56,224 nucleotides of DNA from Parcubacteria group bacterium M6-OD1-3 (GCA_003056165.1 LSNR01000024.1:1-56224); one strand, 5' to 3'; counted from the stretch's first letter, positions 29,796-39,780 are shown. A program made the numbers and translations. Notes: generated by a model from the letters alone, not told the origin.

Positions 29796-30512
29796 TTATA
29801 ATTTTTTACTATCCTTATTATTATCAATTTTTTTCGAACCGAATATTATATAAAGGAATACTTTATAGTACAAAACAATAATGATAGCAAATACTGCAAT
29901 GATTAATAGAAACATTTTTATAATATAAAGAGTTGTAAGAAAATCTGATTTTTCATAGAAAACCAAATCTTTATAGAATAATGAATCTGGTCCTACAGGC
30001 TCTAAAAATCTAAATTTTCCATTTTCTTGTCCATTGCCATCATACCGCGTGTATGCATCAGGAATTAAACAATTTATATTATTTTTTTTAATATAATTTG
30101 TGTAGGTTTCTATTGGGACATCATTTCTTCCATATACATCCCTAATGTACAAGGTATTAATACCACTTTTGTTTTGTACTTCGGCAATTCTGTTCTCAAG
30201 ATCACTGGAACAATAAATATCGTCATAAAGTGAGTCGTCTTCATTTGAATTAAGTGAATATGAGCGATCGCGCTCCCCAACTCTTTCATTGGACATTTTT
30301 AGTTCACGAATTTGTTTAACCGCTGGCGTTATTCTTTCTTCAACAGAATTGACGACTTTCCATTGTGGTATGTACGGATGATTCGTAGAAAAAAGGTCAT
30401 CATACGTTGCATAAAGTGCCCAAACGAATGAAACTAAAAAAATTACCAAAAGAAGTCTATGCCACCAACGACTACTTAAACTAAGGTCTTTTCGAAAAAA
30501 ATTGTTTTTCAT
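29796..30512 (-). CDS. Hypothetical two-TM membrane protein
   Basis: N-terminal and C-terminal hydrophobic helices flank a ~150 aa loop. No recognisable motif. Confidence 0.5.
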   Translation of the reverse strand: MKNNFFRKDLSLSSRWWHRLLLVIFLVSFVWALYATYDDLFSTNHPYIPQWKVVNSVEERITPAVKQIRELKMSNERVGERDRSYSLNSNEDDSLYDDIYCSSDLENRIAEVQNKSGINTLYIRDVYGRNDVPIETYTNYIKKNNINCLIPDAYTRYDGNGQENGKFRFLEPVGPDSLFYKDLVFYEKSDFLTTLYIIKMFLLIIAVFAIIIVLYYKVFLYIIFGSKKIDNNKDSKKL

Positions 30513-30913
30513 AAGAGTAAAAAATTATAATTAGTTCATTTAATGCTACGGCTAAACGAAGTCTTGTGAGGGAGTGAAAGAAAAAAAGAAATGAAATTTT
30601 CTTTTTTCTTGAATGACTGAACAAGATTTGCCTGCCTGCTGATAGATAGGAGCGGGTCATTTCACTAATTATATAATAACACAATTTCCAGCCGTTTAGT
30701 CAGTTGTTATCAGAAGCCATACCAAACTGAGTCAAGTTTAGTTGTGGCATTATCAAAAACCGTAGCGAAGCGGAGGTTTTTGATAACTACAGTTGTAAGC
30801 GAAGTTTTTGAAATTCATTATTATATTAATATTCATTTCATAAATTTGGAGAAGATATTTTTTACTCTTAATTCCGCATTAGCGGAATTGCTTTTATATA
30901 ATAAATTTAATTT

Positions 30914-31363
30914 TTACTCCCATTTTTTGACGAGATTTTCAAATTCTTCATATGAACCTGTATGTTGTGGCTCTGCACCAAAAACAAAAATTTCTCCTCC
31001 TCCTGTGTTTATTAACAAATCTTCTATCAATTCGCCTGAAATTGTACGCAACTTCCATCTCGCTCCCTCTGAATAATCTTTTTTAGTTAAGGTAGTCATA
31101 TCATTAGGCGAATTAAAATCAATTGCAGAGACACCAATATACAAACATTTTTTTGCTTTTGGACTATAAAAAACTTTTTGAATTTTGCTAATTATTGTGT
31201 CTGTGTCCTTACTATAATTATCATTATTATATTGGATTGCATCCTTTTGTTTTTCACACTCTAAATTTCTTCCAAAATATTGATTTGAACAACCAGCCAA
31301 TAAGACAACAGCAACTAAAAGCAAAAAAATGTTTAATGGTTTCATATATTTTAGGTTAATCAT
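30914..31363 (-). CDS. Hypothetical lipoprotein
   Basis: Signal peptide with lipobox LLAGC (MKPLNIFLLLVAVVLLAGCSN). Confidence 0.6.
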   Translation of the reverse strand: MINLKYMKPLNIFLLLVAVVLLAGCSNQYFGRNLECEKQKDAIQYNNDNYSKDTDTIISKIQKVFYSPKAKKCLYIGVSAIDFNSPNDMTTLTKKDYSEGARWKLRTISGELIEDLLINTGGGEIFVFGAEPQHTGSYEEFENLVKKWE

Positions 31364-31418
31364 AAAAATTAAATTTATTATATAAAAGTTGGGGCGTTAG
31401 CTCAAGAGTAAAAACATA

Positions 31419-31612
31419 TTTCAAATAACTGGTTTTTATACAAACTTTTTAGTCTTTAATAATTTAAGTTTATATATTATGTCTACTGTAAAAAGTAGTA
31501 TTTTTTTGTTTCGTAAGTTAATTTTATTATAACAAACTAAATTTTTAAAAACAATGAAAAATGTTGGAGAGAAAATAATCTAGGACCGTCCTAGACATCT
31601 CTTTTTTTAAAA
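31419..31612 (+). repeat. Right copy of the ~194-bp direct repeat ending in the REP-like palindrome (31579-31595)
   Basis: See 27056-27249. Confidence 0.95.
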
Positions 31613-31641
31613 GTTTTCCACAGGGTAGAGAGGTTAATTTG

Positions 31642-31704
31642 TTGACGAATGTGGGCTGGTGGGGTAGAATTGCATTGTAATGTTAAAAAGTGGGTTGTAG
31701 TGGG
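31642..31704 (+). promoter_or_regulatory. Putative dcw (mraZ) promoter with four GTGGG MraZ-box-like repeats
   Basis: -35 TTGACG (31642-31647), 17-nt spacer, -10 TAGAAT (31665-31670). GTGGG occurs at 31651, 31659, 31690 and 31700. Confidence 0.5.
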
Positions 31705-31779
31705 TAAGAACTATCAGAACTTTTTTATTGTGAATTTAAATAGGTATTTAAATTATTTTACAACTTAAGACTCAGGTAT

Positions 31780-32214
31780 ATGTTTATTGGAGAATATCAA
31801 CATACAGTAGATCCAAAAAAGCGGGTGGCATTGCCATCTAAGTTTCGAGGTGAGTTGGGGAGCAAGGTTGTGGTAACTAGGGGAATGGATAAGTGTTTAT
31901 TTGTGTATCCATTAAAGACTTGGGAAAAGTTGGCGGAAAAATTGGGAAATTTGCCGGTTGGAGAAGCGGGAACTAGAAGTTTTATTCGTTTGATGTTGGC
32001 CGGAGCGATTGATGTGGATATTGATAAACAAGGAAGAATTCTGATTCCGGATTATTTAAAAGAATACGCGGGTTTTAAAAAAGATGTGACAGTGGCGGGA
32101 CTTTTTGATCGATTGGAAATTTGGGACAAAACTAAATGGAATAGTTATAAAACGAAAGCTGAAAAAAACAGTGATGAGATTGCGGAGCAGTTGGGTAAAT
32201 TGGGAGTCTATTAA
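31780..32214 (+). CDS. mraZ: Transcriptional regulator MraZ
   Basis: Two SpoVT/AbrB-like repeats with DPKKRVALP and DKQGRILIP. Confidence 0.95.
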   Translation: MFIGEYQHTVDPKKRVALPSKFRGELGSKVVVTRGMDKCLFVYPLKTWEKLAEKLGNLPVGEAGTRSFIRLMLAGAIDVDIDKQGRILIPDYLKEYAGFKKDVTVAGLFDRLEIWDKTKWNSYKTKAEKNSDEIAEQLGKLGVY

Positions 32215-32234
32215 AGTAATTTAGAAGTAAATAA

Positions 32235-33191
32235 ATGTCTATTCATAAAACGGTTTTACTGAGAGAGGCGGTGGAAAATTTGAATTTAAAAAATGGAAAT
32301 GTCGTTGTAGATGCGACTTTGGGTGGCGGAGGACATTCTTTGGAAATATTAAAAAAAATTTTGCCGGACGGAAAATTGATTGCCATTGATAGAGATGAAA
32401 GAGCGATTAAAAATTTTAAAAATAAAATAGAAAGTGAAAAAATACGAAATTTGAAAATTGGAGAAAATTTAATTTTAGTGAATGATAATTTTTCTGAGAT
32501 TGCGGAAATTTTGAAAAATATCGGAGTTGAAAAAGTGGATGCGATGTTGGCGGATTTCGGACTTTCTTCTGACCAGTTGGATGATAAAAATCGGGGATTT
32601 AGTTTTTTGCAAGAAGGAAGGTTAGATATGCGGATGTCTTTAGAAAATAAATTGACGGCGGAAGATATTGTAAATGATTATTCGCAAGAAGAACTGCTGA
32701 AAATTTTACGAGAATATGGTGAGGAAAAATTTGCCAGAAGGATTGTTGAAAAAATTGTTAAAAAAAGAATTGAAAAGAAAATTGAAACCACAACTGAATT
32801 AGTAGAAATAATAGATGAAGCAGTTCCGGAAATATACAAGCGAAAGAAAATTCATCCAGCGACGAAAACATTTCAGTCTTTACGAATTGAGGTTAATAAA
32901 GAATTGAAAAGTATTAAAAAATTTATTAGAAATGCTGTTCAGAAATTAAAAGCAAAAGGAAGATTGGTTGTTATATCTTTTCATTCTGGAGAAGATAGAA
33001 TTGTGAAAAATATTTTTAAAGATTTGAAAACTGAGTGTGTGTGTCCACCGGAATTTCCAATTTGTAAATGCGATAAAAAGGCTGAAATAAAAATTATCAG
33101 CAAAAAGCCGATTGTGGCAAGTACTGAAGAAGTTGGACAGAACCCAAGAGCGCGAAGCGCGAAAATGCGAATAGTTGAAAAATTAAAATAA
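32235..33191 (+). CDS. rsmH: 16S rRNA (cytosine1402-N4)-methyltransferase
   Basis: DATLGGGGHS, DFGLSSDQLD and SFHSGEDRIVK motifs. Confidence 0.95.
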   Translation: MSIHKTVLLREAVENLNLKNGNVVVDATLGGGGHSLEILKKILPDGKLIAIDRDERAIKNFKNKIESEKIRNLKIGENLILVNDNFSEIAEILKNIGVEKVDAMLADFGLSSDQLDDKNRGFSFLQEGRLDMRMSLENKLTAEDIVNDYSQEELLKILREYGEEKFARRIVEKIVKKRIEKKIETTTELVEIIDEAVPEIYKRKKIHPATKTFQSLRIEVNKELKSIKKFIRNAVQKLKAKGRLVVISFHSGEDRIVKNIFKDLKTECVCPPEFPICKCDKKAEIKIISKKPIVASTEEVGQNPRARSAKMRIVEKLK

Positions 33192-33212
33192 AAAAAATAA
33201 AAAAATAAAAAA

Positions 33213-33527
33213 ATGTCAAAGAAAGAAAATAAAAAATTTCAAAATGGTTTTGTTAAAATGAAAATTGTAATGGCGATTGTTGGATTGATAAGTTGCGCCG
33301 GTTATTTATTTATTATTAATACCGGAGCAGTTAAAGGTTATGAAATTAGAAAAGTGGAGAAAAAGATATCTGAACTTCAAAAAGAAAATAAGCAATTGCA
33401 GATTGAAGAAGCGGAATTAAATTCATTTTACAATATTAAAAAAGAAGTGAAGAATTTGAATATGGTGGAAGCGACGGAAATAGTGTATGTTAATGATAAT
33501 GATCAATTAATAGCATTTGGAAAATAG
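33213..33527 (+). CDS. FtsL-like bitopic cell division protein
   Basis: Single TM helix followed by a coiled coil (ELQKENKQLQIEEAEL). It sits between rsmH and ftsI. Confidence 0.5.
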   Translation: MSKKENKKFQNGFVKMKIVMAIVGLISCAGYLFIINTGAVKGYEIRKVEKKISELQKENKQLQIEEAELNSFYNIKKEVKNLNMVEATEIVYVNDNDQLIAFGK

Positions 33528-33548
33528 AAATTCTTGGGTTATTAAAAA

Positions 33549-35315
33549 ATGAATTGTAGTATGATTCGGAAAAAGATTAGTTCAAAAAAAAATAAGAGTG
33601 GTATAGTTGGCGGTCAAAGAATTTATGTTCTGACTGCCACTGTTATTATATTGGGTATAATAATCCTAATAAGATTATATGTCTTGCAAGTTTTGGCTTT
33701 TTCTAAATACCGAGCTTTGGCTGATGGTCAACATAAAGTTTTTAGTGAGTTAACCGCCAAAAGGGGTGAAATTTATTTAAAAGATGGTGAAGACAAATAT
33801 CCTCTGGCGGTAAATAAAGATTATTCGATGGTCTATATTGAGCCCAAAATAATAAACAACAGAGATGAGGTTGTGGATAGGCTTAGTCAAATATTAGGAA
33901 TGAGCAAAGAGGATTTGAAGGCAAAGTTCTCCAATCCCAAATCAATGTTTAAAATTGTAAAACACAAAATTTCTTCGGATGAAGTTGAAAAAATAAAATC
34001 TTTAAAGTTTGACGGAGTAAAAATAACTACAGAAACTCTGCGTTATTATCCTGGTAGCGAATTAGCTTCTCAAATAATAGGTTTCGTTGGTTCTGACGGT
34101 AAAAAGACAATGGGTCGTTATGGAATAGAATCTTTTTGGGAAAAAGAACTTAGGGGAAAAAACGGAAGTTTATCGCAAGAACGAGATAGTATGGGTCGCT
34201 GGATGTCAATTACGGATAGAAATATCGTACCAGCGGAAGATGGCGTTGATTTGATTTTGACGATAGATGTTACAGTGCAATATGAAATTGAAAAGATGTT
34301 GAAGAAAACTGTTGAGAAACATAGTGCTGATGAAGGGACGGTTATTGTACAGGATCCGGAAACGGGAAAAATTTTAGCAATGGCAAATTATCCCAACTTT
34401 AATGTAAATGAATTTAATAAAGTCGAGGATATGAAAGTTTTTTCAAATTCGGCGGTTAGCTCGGCCTATGAGCCAGGATCGGTTTTCAAAGCTTTTACCT
34501 TGGCAACTGGAATTGATACTGGTGTTATATCCCCTTCAACCACTTATGTTGATAACGGTTTTGTCAAAAAATCTGGTTATACTATTAAAAATTCGGATGA
34601 AAAAGCACACGGAGTTCAAACGATGACAGAAGTTTTAGAAAAATCTTTGAATACAGGAGTGATTTTTGTTGAGAAATTGATTGGCAATAAGCGTTTTGGA
34701 GATTATGTTAAAAAATTTGGGTTTGGAAAAGATAGTAGAATAGAATTGCCAAATGAAGCGAGGGGAGATATTAGAAATTTAAAAAATCCTCGAAGAGATA
34801 TCGAATTTTATACCACAGCTTATGGTCAAGGTATTACTACGACACCATTGCAATTGGTTGATGCTTATTCAGCAATCGCCAACGGTGGAACATTAATGAA
34901 ACCGCAAATCGTGGAAAAAATAATTTATCCCGACGGAAAAGAAAAAAATATCGAACCAGAGAAGGAGCGTAGGGTAATCAAAGAAAGTACCGCCGAACAA
35001 ATGCAAAAAATGTTGCAGAGTGTTGTTACTAACGGTCATGGGAAAAGAGCGGCTGTCCCCGGATATAATGTTGGTGGAAAAACAGGAACGGCTCAGGTTG
35101 TTAAGCCGGGTACTAAGGGCTATGAAGAAGGTTTCACAATTGGTTCTTTCATTGGTATCGCTCCAATTGAAAAACCAAGATTTACTGTTTTGGTAAAAAT
35201 AGTAAATCCAAAAGATGTCCAGTGGGCGGAGTCTAGTGCTGCACCGGCGTTTGGTGAAATTATGAAATTTTTGTTAAACTATTATAATGTTGAACCAATG
35301 AGAAATTCAAGGTAA
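33549..35315 (+). CDS. ftsI: Penicillin-binding protein (class B transpeptidase, FtsI/PBP2-like)
   Basis: N-terminal TM anchor, SxxK (GSVFK) and KTGT (GGKTGTAQ). Confidence 0.9.
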   Translation: MNCSMIRKKISSKKNKSGIVGGQRIYVLTATVIILGIIILIRLYVLQVLAFSKYRALADGQHKVFSELTAKRGEIYLKDGEDKYPLAVNKDYSMVYIEPKIINNRDEVVDRLSQILGMSKEDLKAKFSNPKSMFKIVKHKISSDEVEKIKSLKFDGVKITTETLRYYPGSELASQIIGFVGSDGKKTMGRYGIESFWEKELRGKNGSLSQERDSMGRWMSITDRNIVPAEDGVDLILTIDVTVQYEIEKMLKKTVEKHSADEGTVIVQDPETGKILAMANYPNFNVNEFNKVEDMKVFSNSAVSSAYEPGSVFKAFTLATGIDTGVISPSTTYVDNGFVKKSGYTIKNSDEKAHGVQTMTEVLEKSLNTGVIFVEKLIGNKRFGDYVKKFGFGKDSRIELPNEARGDIRNLKNPRRDIEFYTTAYGQGITTTPLQLVDAYSAIANGGTLMKPQIVEKIIYPDGKEKNIEPEKERRVIKESTAEQMQKMLQSVVTNGHGKRAAVPGYNVGGKTGTAQVVKPGTKGYEEGFTIGSFIGIAPIEKPRFTVLVKIVNPKDVQWAESSAAPAFGEIMKFLLNYYNVEPMRNSR

Positions 35316-35380
35316 GCTTAATTTATGAGTAGTTATTCACTTTTGTCTATAAATAAATTATAGACAAATTAACGAAAATC

Positions 35381-35569
35381 TGTCATTACAGAAATAAATA
35401 TCCCTTAGTGAGTTTGCAAGTTTTAAAGATATGACTATCTGGAATCCAGTTTTTAGAAAAAAGTTTTGAAATAGTAATGGATCGTTTTTTATTAGTTTCT
35501 GGATCACGGATAGACTATTTTTCTATTACTCACAAGTTCGCAATGAAAAATATGTCTTCCGAGATGACA
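35381..35569. repeat. Long-hairpin MITE-like element A (TGTCAT...ATGACA), two ~75-nt arms in inverted orientation
   Basis: Arms at 35381-35452 and 35495-35569. The family is shared with 36965-37168 and 39512-39679. Confidence 0.8.
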
Positions 35570-35618
35570 AGTTTAAAAAATATTTTCGGAGAAATTTCAT
35601 AACTTAAAACCTAATAAT

Positions 35619-36860
35619 ATGCATAAATCTAAAAAAATAATTTATTTGGAAAAAATACTGCGGTTTATGGCAGTGGCTATTTTAAAGCGACATAAGCCAA
35701 AAATTATTGGTATAACTGGATCGGTGGGTAAGAGTTCTGCTAAAGAAGCGATTTATTCGGTTTTACACAATAATTTCAAAGTTCGAAAAAATATAGAAAA
35801 TTATAATAATGAAATTGGAGTACCTTTGACAATCATAGGTGCTAAAAGCGGTGGTAAAAATCCATTGAAATGGTTGCTGGTTTTTTTGAAATGGTTGTTT
35901 TGGTTAATTATACCTATCGGCTATCCAAGAATTTTAATTTTAGAAATGGCGGTTGATCATCCAGGTGATATGAAATATTTAGTTGAATTTATTCCAATTG
36001 AGTTGGCGGTTTTAACTGATATTTCCTTGAGTCATTTAAAATTTTTTAAAAATGTAAATCAAATAGCTCAAGAAAAAACTCTCTTAGCAAAACATATTTC
36101 GAAAGACGGAATAGCAATATTTAATATGGATAGTTTGTTGGTAAACGATTTTGCTCAAAAATTTGTTGGAAATTTTATAGGCGTTGGTATTGAAAATGAT
36201 ACTGCAATTAAAGCAAGCGATATTCACTTTAATTACATTGATGATAAATTAAATGGTTTAAGTTTTAAATTTAATTTTCAAGGAAAAATAATACCTTTTC
36301 GTTTGCCAAATATTATTGCTACGCATCAGATTTATGCTGTACTGATAGCAGTAGCAGTGGCAAATTATTTTAAAATGAATTTATTGGAAGTTGCTAAGTC
36401 TTTAGAGAAATTTCAATCTCCCCAGGGAAGAATGAATTTATTTCAAGGAATTAATAATAGCTTAGTAATTGATGATACTTACAATGCTTCACCAGTTTCA
36501 ACTATGGCAGCCTTGCAAACTCTTCAATCGATATCTTCTGATAGAAAAATAGCCATATTAGGTGATATGTTGGAACTGGGTAGACAATCAGAAAAAAAAC
36601 ATCAAGAAATAATTGAAAATATTTTAAGTAATGATGAAATTGATATGTTGGTAACGGTAGGTAAAAGAATTCGGCTAGCGATACAAATTATTTTAAGTAA
36701 GAAAAAAATATCCAAAACAATTATTTCTTTTGATAGCTCTCAAGAGGTAGTAGATGCTATAGATGAAAAAATAAAAATAAATAAAAGTGATCTGATTTTA
36801 GTTAAGGGTTCGCGAGCAATGCAAATGGAAAAAATCGTTAAAAAAATTATTTTAAAATAA
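35619..36860 (+). CDS. murF: UDP-N-acetylmuramoyl-tripeptide--D-alanyl-D-alanine ligase
   Basis: Mur ligase P-loop GITGSVGKSS. DDTYNASP motif. dcw context. Confidence 0.85.
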   Translation: MHKSKKIIYLEKILRFMAVAILKRHKPKIIGITGSVGKSSAKEAIYSVLHNNFKVRKNIENYNNEIGVPLTIIGAKSGGKNPLKWLLVFLKWLFWLIIPIGYPRILILEMAVDHPGDMKYLVEFIPIELAVLTDISLSHLKFFKNVNQIAQEKTLLAKHISKDGIAIFNMDSLLVNDFAQKFVGNFIGVGIENDTAIKASDIHFNYIDDKLNGLSFKFNFQGKIIPFRLPNIIATHQIYAVLIAVAVANYFKMNLLEVAKSLEKFQSPQGRMNLFQGINNSLVIDDTYNASPVSTMAALQTLQSISSDRKIAILGDMLELGRQSEKKHQEIIENILSNDEIDMLVTVGKRIRLAIQIILSKKKISKTIISFDSSQEVVDAIDEKIKINKSDLILVKGSRAMQMEKIVKKIILK

Positions 36861-36964
36861 AAAGATATTGATAAAAAGTCTTATTGCTAAAATCAGGGAT
36901 AAAAAAGTGGTGTTGCGAGCTATTCAACTTTATTTATAAATTACAAATAAGCTAACAGAAGCCT

Positions 36965-37168
36965 TGTTATCTCGGCAAATAGATTTTCTTTCCGAGCGAT
37001 AGTGAGGAATTAGAAAATCGTTTAGCCGGGATTCAATTTTTAAAGATAAACTTTAAATTGTTGGTAACTTGTTTTTCCGTTAATTTCTGGATCACGGATA
37101 AACGAATATTTATGACTCGCTCCGCCAGCTGGCGGACTCACTTAGATATTCTGCTTTCTGAGATGACA
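36965..37168. repeat. Long-hairpin MITE-like element B
   Basis: tgttatctcgg... (left arm) and ...ttctggatcacggata...ctgagatgaca (right arm). The right arm is clearly related to 35495-35569. Confidence 0.7.
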
Positions 37169-37259
37169 AATTTAAAAAATTTTGCAGTATAAAAACTTGT
37201 TTTGTTGCGTTAAATACGCTAATATAAAAATGCTTTAAATAACTGTTGTTTGTAAAAGT

Positions 37260-37628
37260 ATGTCTTTAAAAGTCTATATTTGGGGATTGATTGTCAGTAT
37301 GTTGTTGGCATTAGCGATTTGGCTTTTTGTTATTTTTAACATTGACCCTTATGAGGCTGGATTAATCGGTCAGATTTTTTTCTTTGCCAGTTTCTTTCTA
37401 TTTTTATTGGGAATTTTTGTTAATATTCTTGTTTGGTTGCGAACTAAATTTTTGGGTGGCGATGTTGCTGTAGGAACTATGGGGCTTAGTTTTCGACAAG
37501 GAACATTGTTGGCTATTTTGGCAATCACACTTATTGGTTTAAATATGGGAGGTTATTTGATTTGGTGGGTTGGATTATTGATAACAGCGGGAATTTTTTT
37601 GATAGAATTATTTTTTCTAAGCAGATAG
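37260..37628 (+). CDS. Hypothetical four-TM membrane protein
   Basis: Hydrophobic throughout. No motif recognised. Confidence 0.5.
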   Translation: MSLKVYIWGLIVSMLLALAIWLFVIFNIDPYEAGLIGQIFFFASFFLFLLGIFVNILVWLRTKFLGGDVAVGTMGLSFRQGTLLAILAITLIGLNMGGYLIWWVGLLITAGIFLIELFFLSR

Positions 37629-37633
37629 GTCTT

Positions 37634-37876
37634 ATGAGAATATATGCGAAAGTATTACCTCGTTCGTCACGAAATGAAATTAAAAAAATAGGAGAAGATG
37701 AATATAAAATAAAACTTACCGCTCCGCCAGTTAAAGGTGAAGCAAACTCTTTATTGATAAAAATACTGGCGAAACACTTTGGTGTATCAAAAACTTCCGT
37801 ACAAATTATTGGTGGCAAATCAGCCAAAACGAAAATAATTGAATTGCCTAAGGTTATTGATAAAAAAAGTTATTAG
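37634..37876 (+). CDS. DUF167 (YggU-like) protein (ATG at 37634)
   Basis: KVLPRSSRNEI...L TAPPVKGEAN..L...LAK.FGV.K..V.I..G..S..K. Confidence 0.8.
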   Translation: MRIYAKVLPRSSRNEIKKIGEDEYKIKLTAPPVKGEANSLLIKILAKHFGVSKTSVQIIGGKSAKTKIIELPKVIDKKSY

Positions 37877-37880
37877 TGAT

Positions 37881-39446
37881 ATGCAACTGAACAAATCTGT
37901 AATATTTCTAATTTGGGCGTTAAGTTTTATTGGGGGAGTTTTTGTGGAATCTTTTTGGACAGTGAATCTATTCTTTGGTTGGCTGTTTTTAATTGGTGCA
38001 ATAATTATTATTTTATTAAATTATAGGAATAGAAAAATAATTGTATTTTCTGGGGTGATGCTAATTTTTTTGTTAGGTGTTTATAGAACAAATGTTAGTT
38101 TGGATAAAATTGAAAATGTCCCAGCCTTTAATAAAAAAATTTCAGTACAGGCTAAAGTTGTTCAAGAGCCTATAATAAAAGGCTGGAGGCAGAATGTGAT
38201 TGTTTTAGTCGATGGAAGTGATTTGAAAAAATTTTTCCGAAAAAATGATTTACAAGTAGACAAGAAAAAATTTTTGCAATCAAAAAAAATAAAAATACTT
38301 CTCAAGACTGATCCTTATCAAAAATTGCAATATGGAGATAAAATAAGTTTAAATTGTCTTTTGCAAATTCCCAAAAATTTTTCTGATGATTTTGATTACA
38401 AAATGTATTTAGCTAATCACGGAATTTATTACACTTGTTCACAATCAAAATTTGCAAAAGTTGAAAAAAGTAAAATTGACGGTTATGGTTTTATTTTAAA
38501 AATTAAAAAAACTTTGGAAAAAAATATTAGTGAAATTATTCCTCAACCAGAGGCGACATTAGCAAGAGGATTATTATTTGGTGGAAGCGGGAGGTTACCT
38601 AAGGAGCTCCAAACTTCTTTTTCGCGAACTGGTATGACTCATATTGTGGCGGTTTCTGGATATAATGTGACAATCATTGCCGAATATTTAATGTTGGCGG
38701 GAATTTTTTTGGGAATGTGGCGAGCGCAAGCATTTTATCTAGCTCTATTTGGTATTTTTATTTTTGTGGCGATGATTGGATTTCCCGGCTCAGCGGTACG
38801 AGCAGGCGTTATGGGAATGATAATTCTTTGGGCGGTCAAAAAAGGCAGGCTGGCGAATGCGGATAATGCCATTCTTTTTGCTGGTGTAATTATGTTAATA
38901 ATAAATCCTCTTTTGCTTCGTTGGGATATTGGTTTTCAACTTTCTTTTTTGGCGACATTGGGAATTATAAAAATTTCTCCGATTTGGCAAACGACATTTA
39001 CTGATAATCTCGGAAAAATAACTTGGAGAAAAACCTTTTTTAGCAGAATTCAAACGTTGGGAATAAAGGAAATAATTTTTATGACAATTAGTGCGCAAAT
39101 GTTTGTTCTACCGATTATTTTATATAATTTTCAGACACTTTCTTTAATTTCCGTTTTAGTAAATCTTTTTGTTTTACCGATTATTCCAATTACAATGTTA
39201 TTTGTTTTTTTGACAGCAGTTTTGGAAATATTTTTTTATTCATTAGCAATGGTTTTCGGTTGGCTGGCATTCTGGCTGTTAAAATATGAAATTGGGGTAG
39301 TAAAAATTGCATCTTCTTTTAATTGGGCGAGTTTAAATTTTAAAACGGTGAATATTTTTTGGTTAATATTGTACTATTTAATTTTATTGGCTATTATTTA
39401 TATATTAACAAGGCGGAGGGTTAAAAATATAAAGAAAATATTTTAA
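37881..39446 (+). CDS. comEC: ComEC/Rec2 DNA internalisation channel protein (DUF4131 plus competence domain, no MBL domain)
   Basis: N-terminal TM/OB region and a polytopic core with GMTHIVAVSGYNV. ATG at 37881. Confidence 0.85.
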   Translation: MQLNKSVIFLIWALSFIGGVFVESFWTVNLFFGWLFLIGAIIIILLNYRNRKIIVFSGVMLIFLLGVYRTNVSLDKIENVPAFNKKISVQAKVVQEPIIKGWRQNVIVLVDGSDLKKFFRKNDLQVDKKKFLQSKKIKILLKTDPYQKLQYGDKISLNCLLQIPKNFSDDFDYKMYLANHGIYYTCSQSKFAKVEKSKIDGYGFILKIKKTLEKNISEIIPQPEATLARGLLFGGSGRLPKELQTSFSRTGMTHIVAVSGYNVTIIAEYLMLAGIFLGMWRAQAFYLALFGIFIFVAMIGFPGSAVRAGVMGMIILWAVKKGRLANADNAILFAGVIMLIINPLLLRWDIGFQLSFLATLGIIKISPIWQTTFTDNLGKITWRKTFFSRIQTLGIKEIIFMTISAQMFVLPIILYNFQTLSLISVLVNLFVLPIIPITMLFVFLTAVLEIFFYSLAMVFGWLAFWLLKYEIGVVKIASSFNWASLNFKTVNIFWLILYYLILLAIIYILTRRRVKNIKKIF

Positions 39447-39470
39447 ATATTGGATTTAAAAGCATTATTC

Positions 39471-39713
39471 ATAGAGCTTACACTCCAAAAACAGACTATT
39501 AATTTCCCTTCTGTCATTCCGGAAGATATATTTTTCATTGTGAGTTTGCGAACGATAGAAAAATAATCTATCCGGAATTCAGTTCTTAGTTTATGATTTT
39601 GTTTCTTAGCTCTGGATACCGGATAAGCGAAACTCTAATTTTCCTTTCGGAAAAAGAATTTCTGCTTTCCGGTATGACATATTAGAAGTCCATTTTTGGA
39701 ATGGGATGGCTAC
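39471..39713. repeat. Composite long-hairpin element C: outer inverted repeats related to the secY-leader element, inner arms of the A/B family
   Basis: The outer IR atagagcttacactccaaaaaca (39471-39493) has a degenerate partner at 39691-39713. Inner arms lie at 39512-39584 and 39609-39679. Confidence 0.75.
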
Positions 39714-39780
39714 ACTCCAGAAAATAATTCGTTAACTGACGGATTGAGAACCTATAATCCATAATTCGCAATATAAACTT

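Noticed and set aside
31391-31408. tRNA-like 5' fragment ggggcgttagctcaagag next to the right 194-bp repeat
   Set aside because: It is only an acceptor/D-arm-like 18-mer. No D-stem closure, anticodon arm or T-arm follows. It is too short to separate from chance, so I mention it only as a weak hint.
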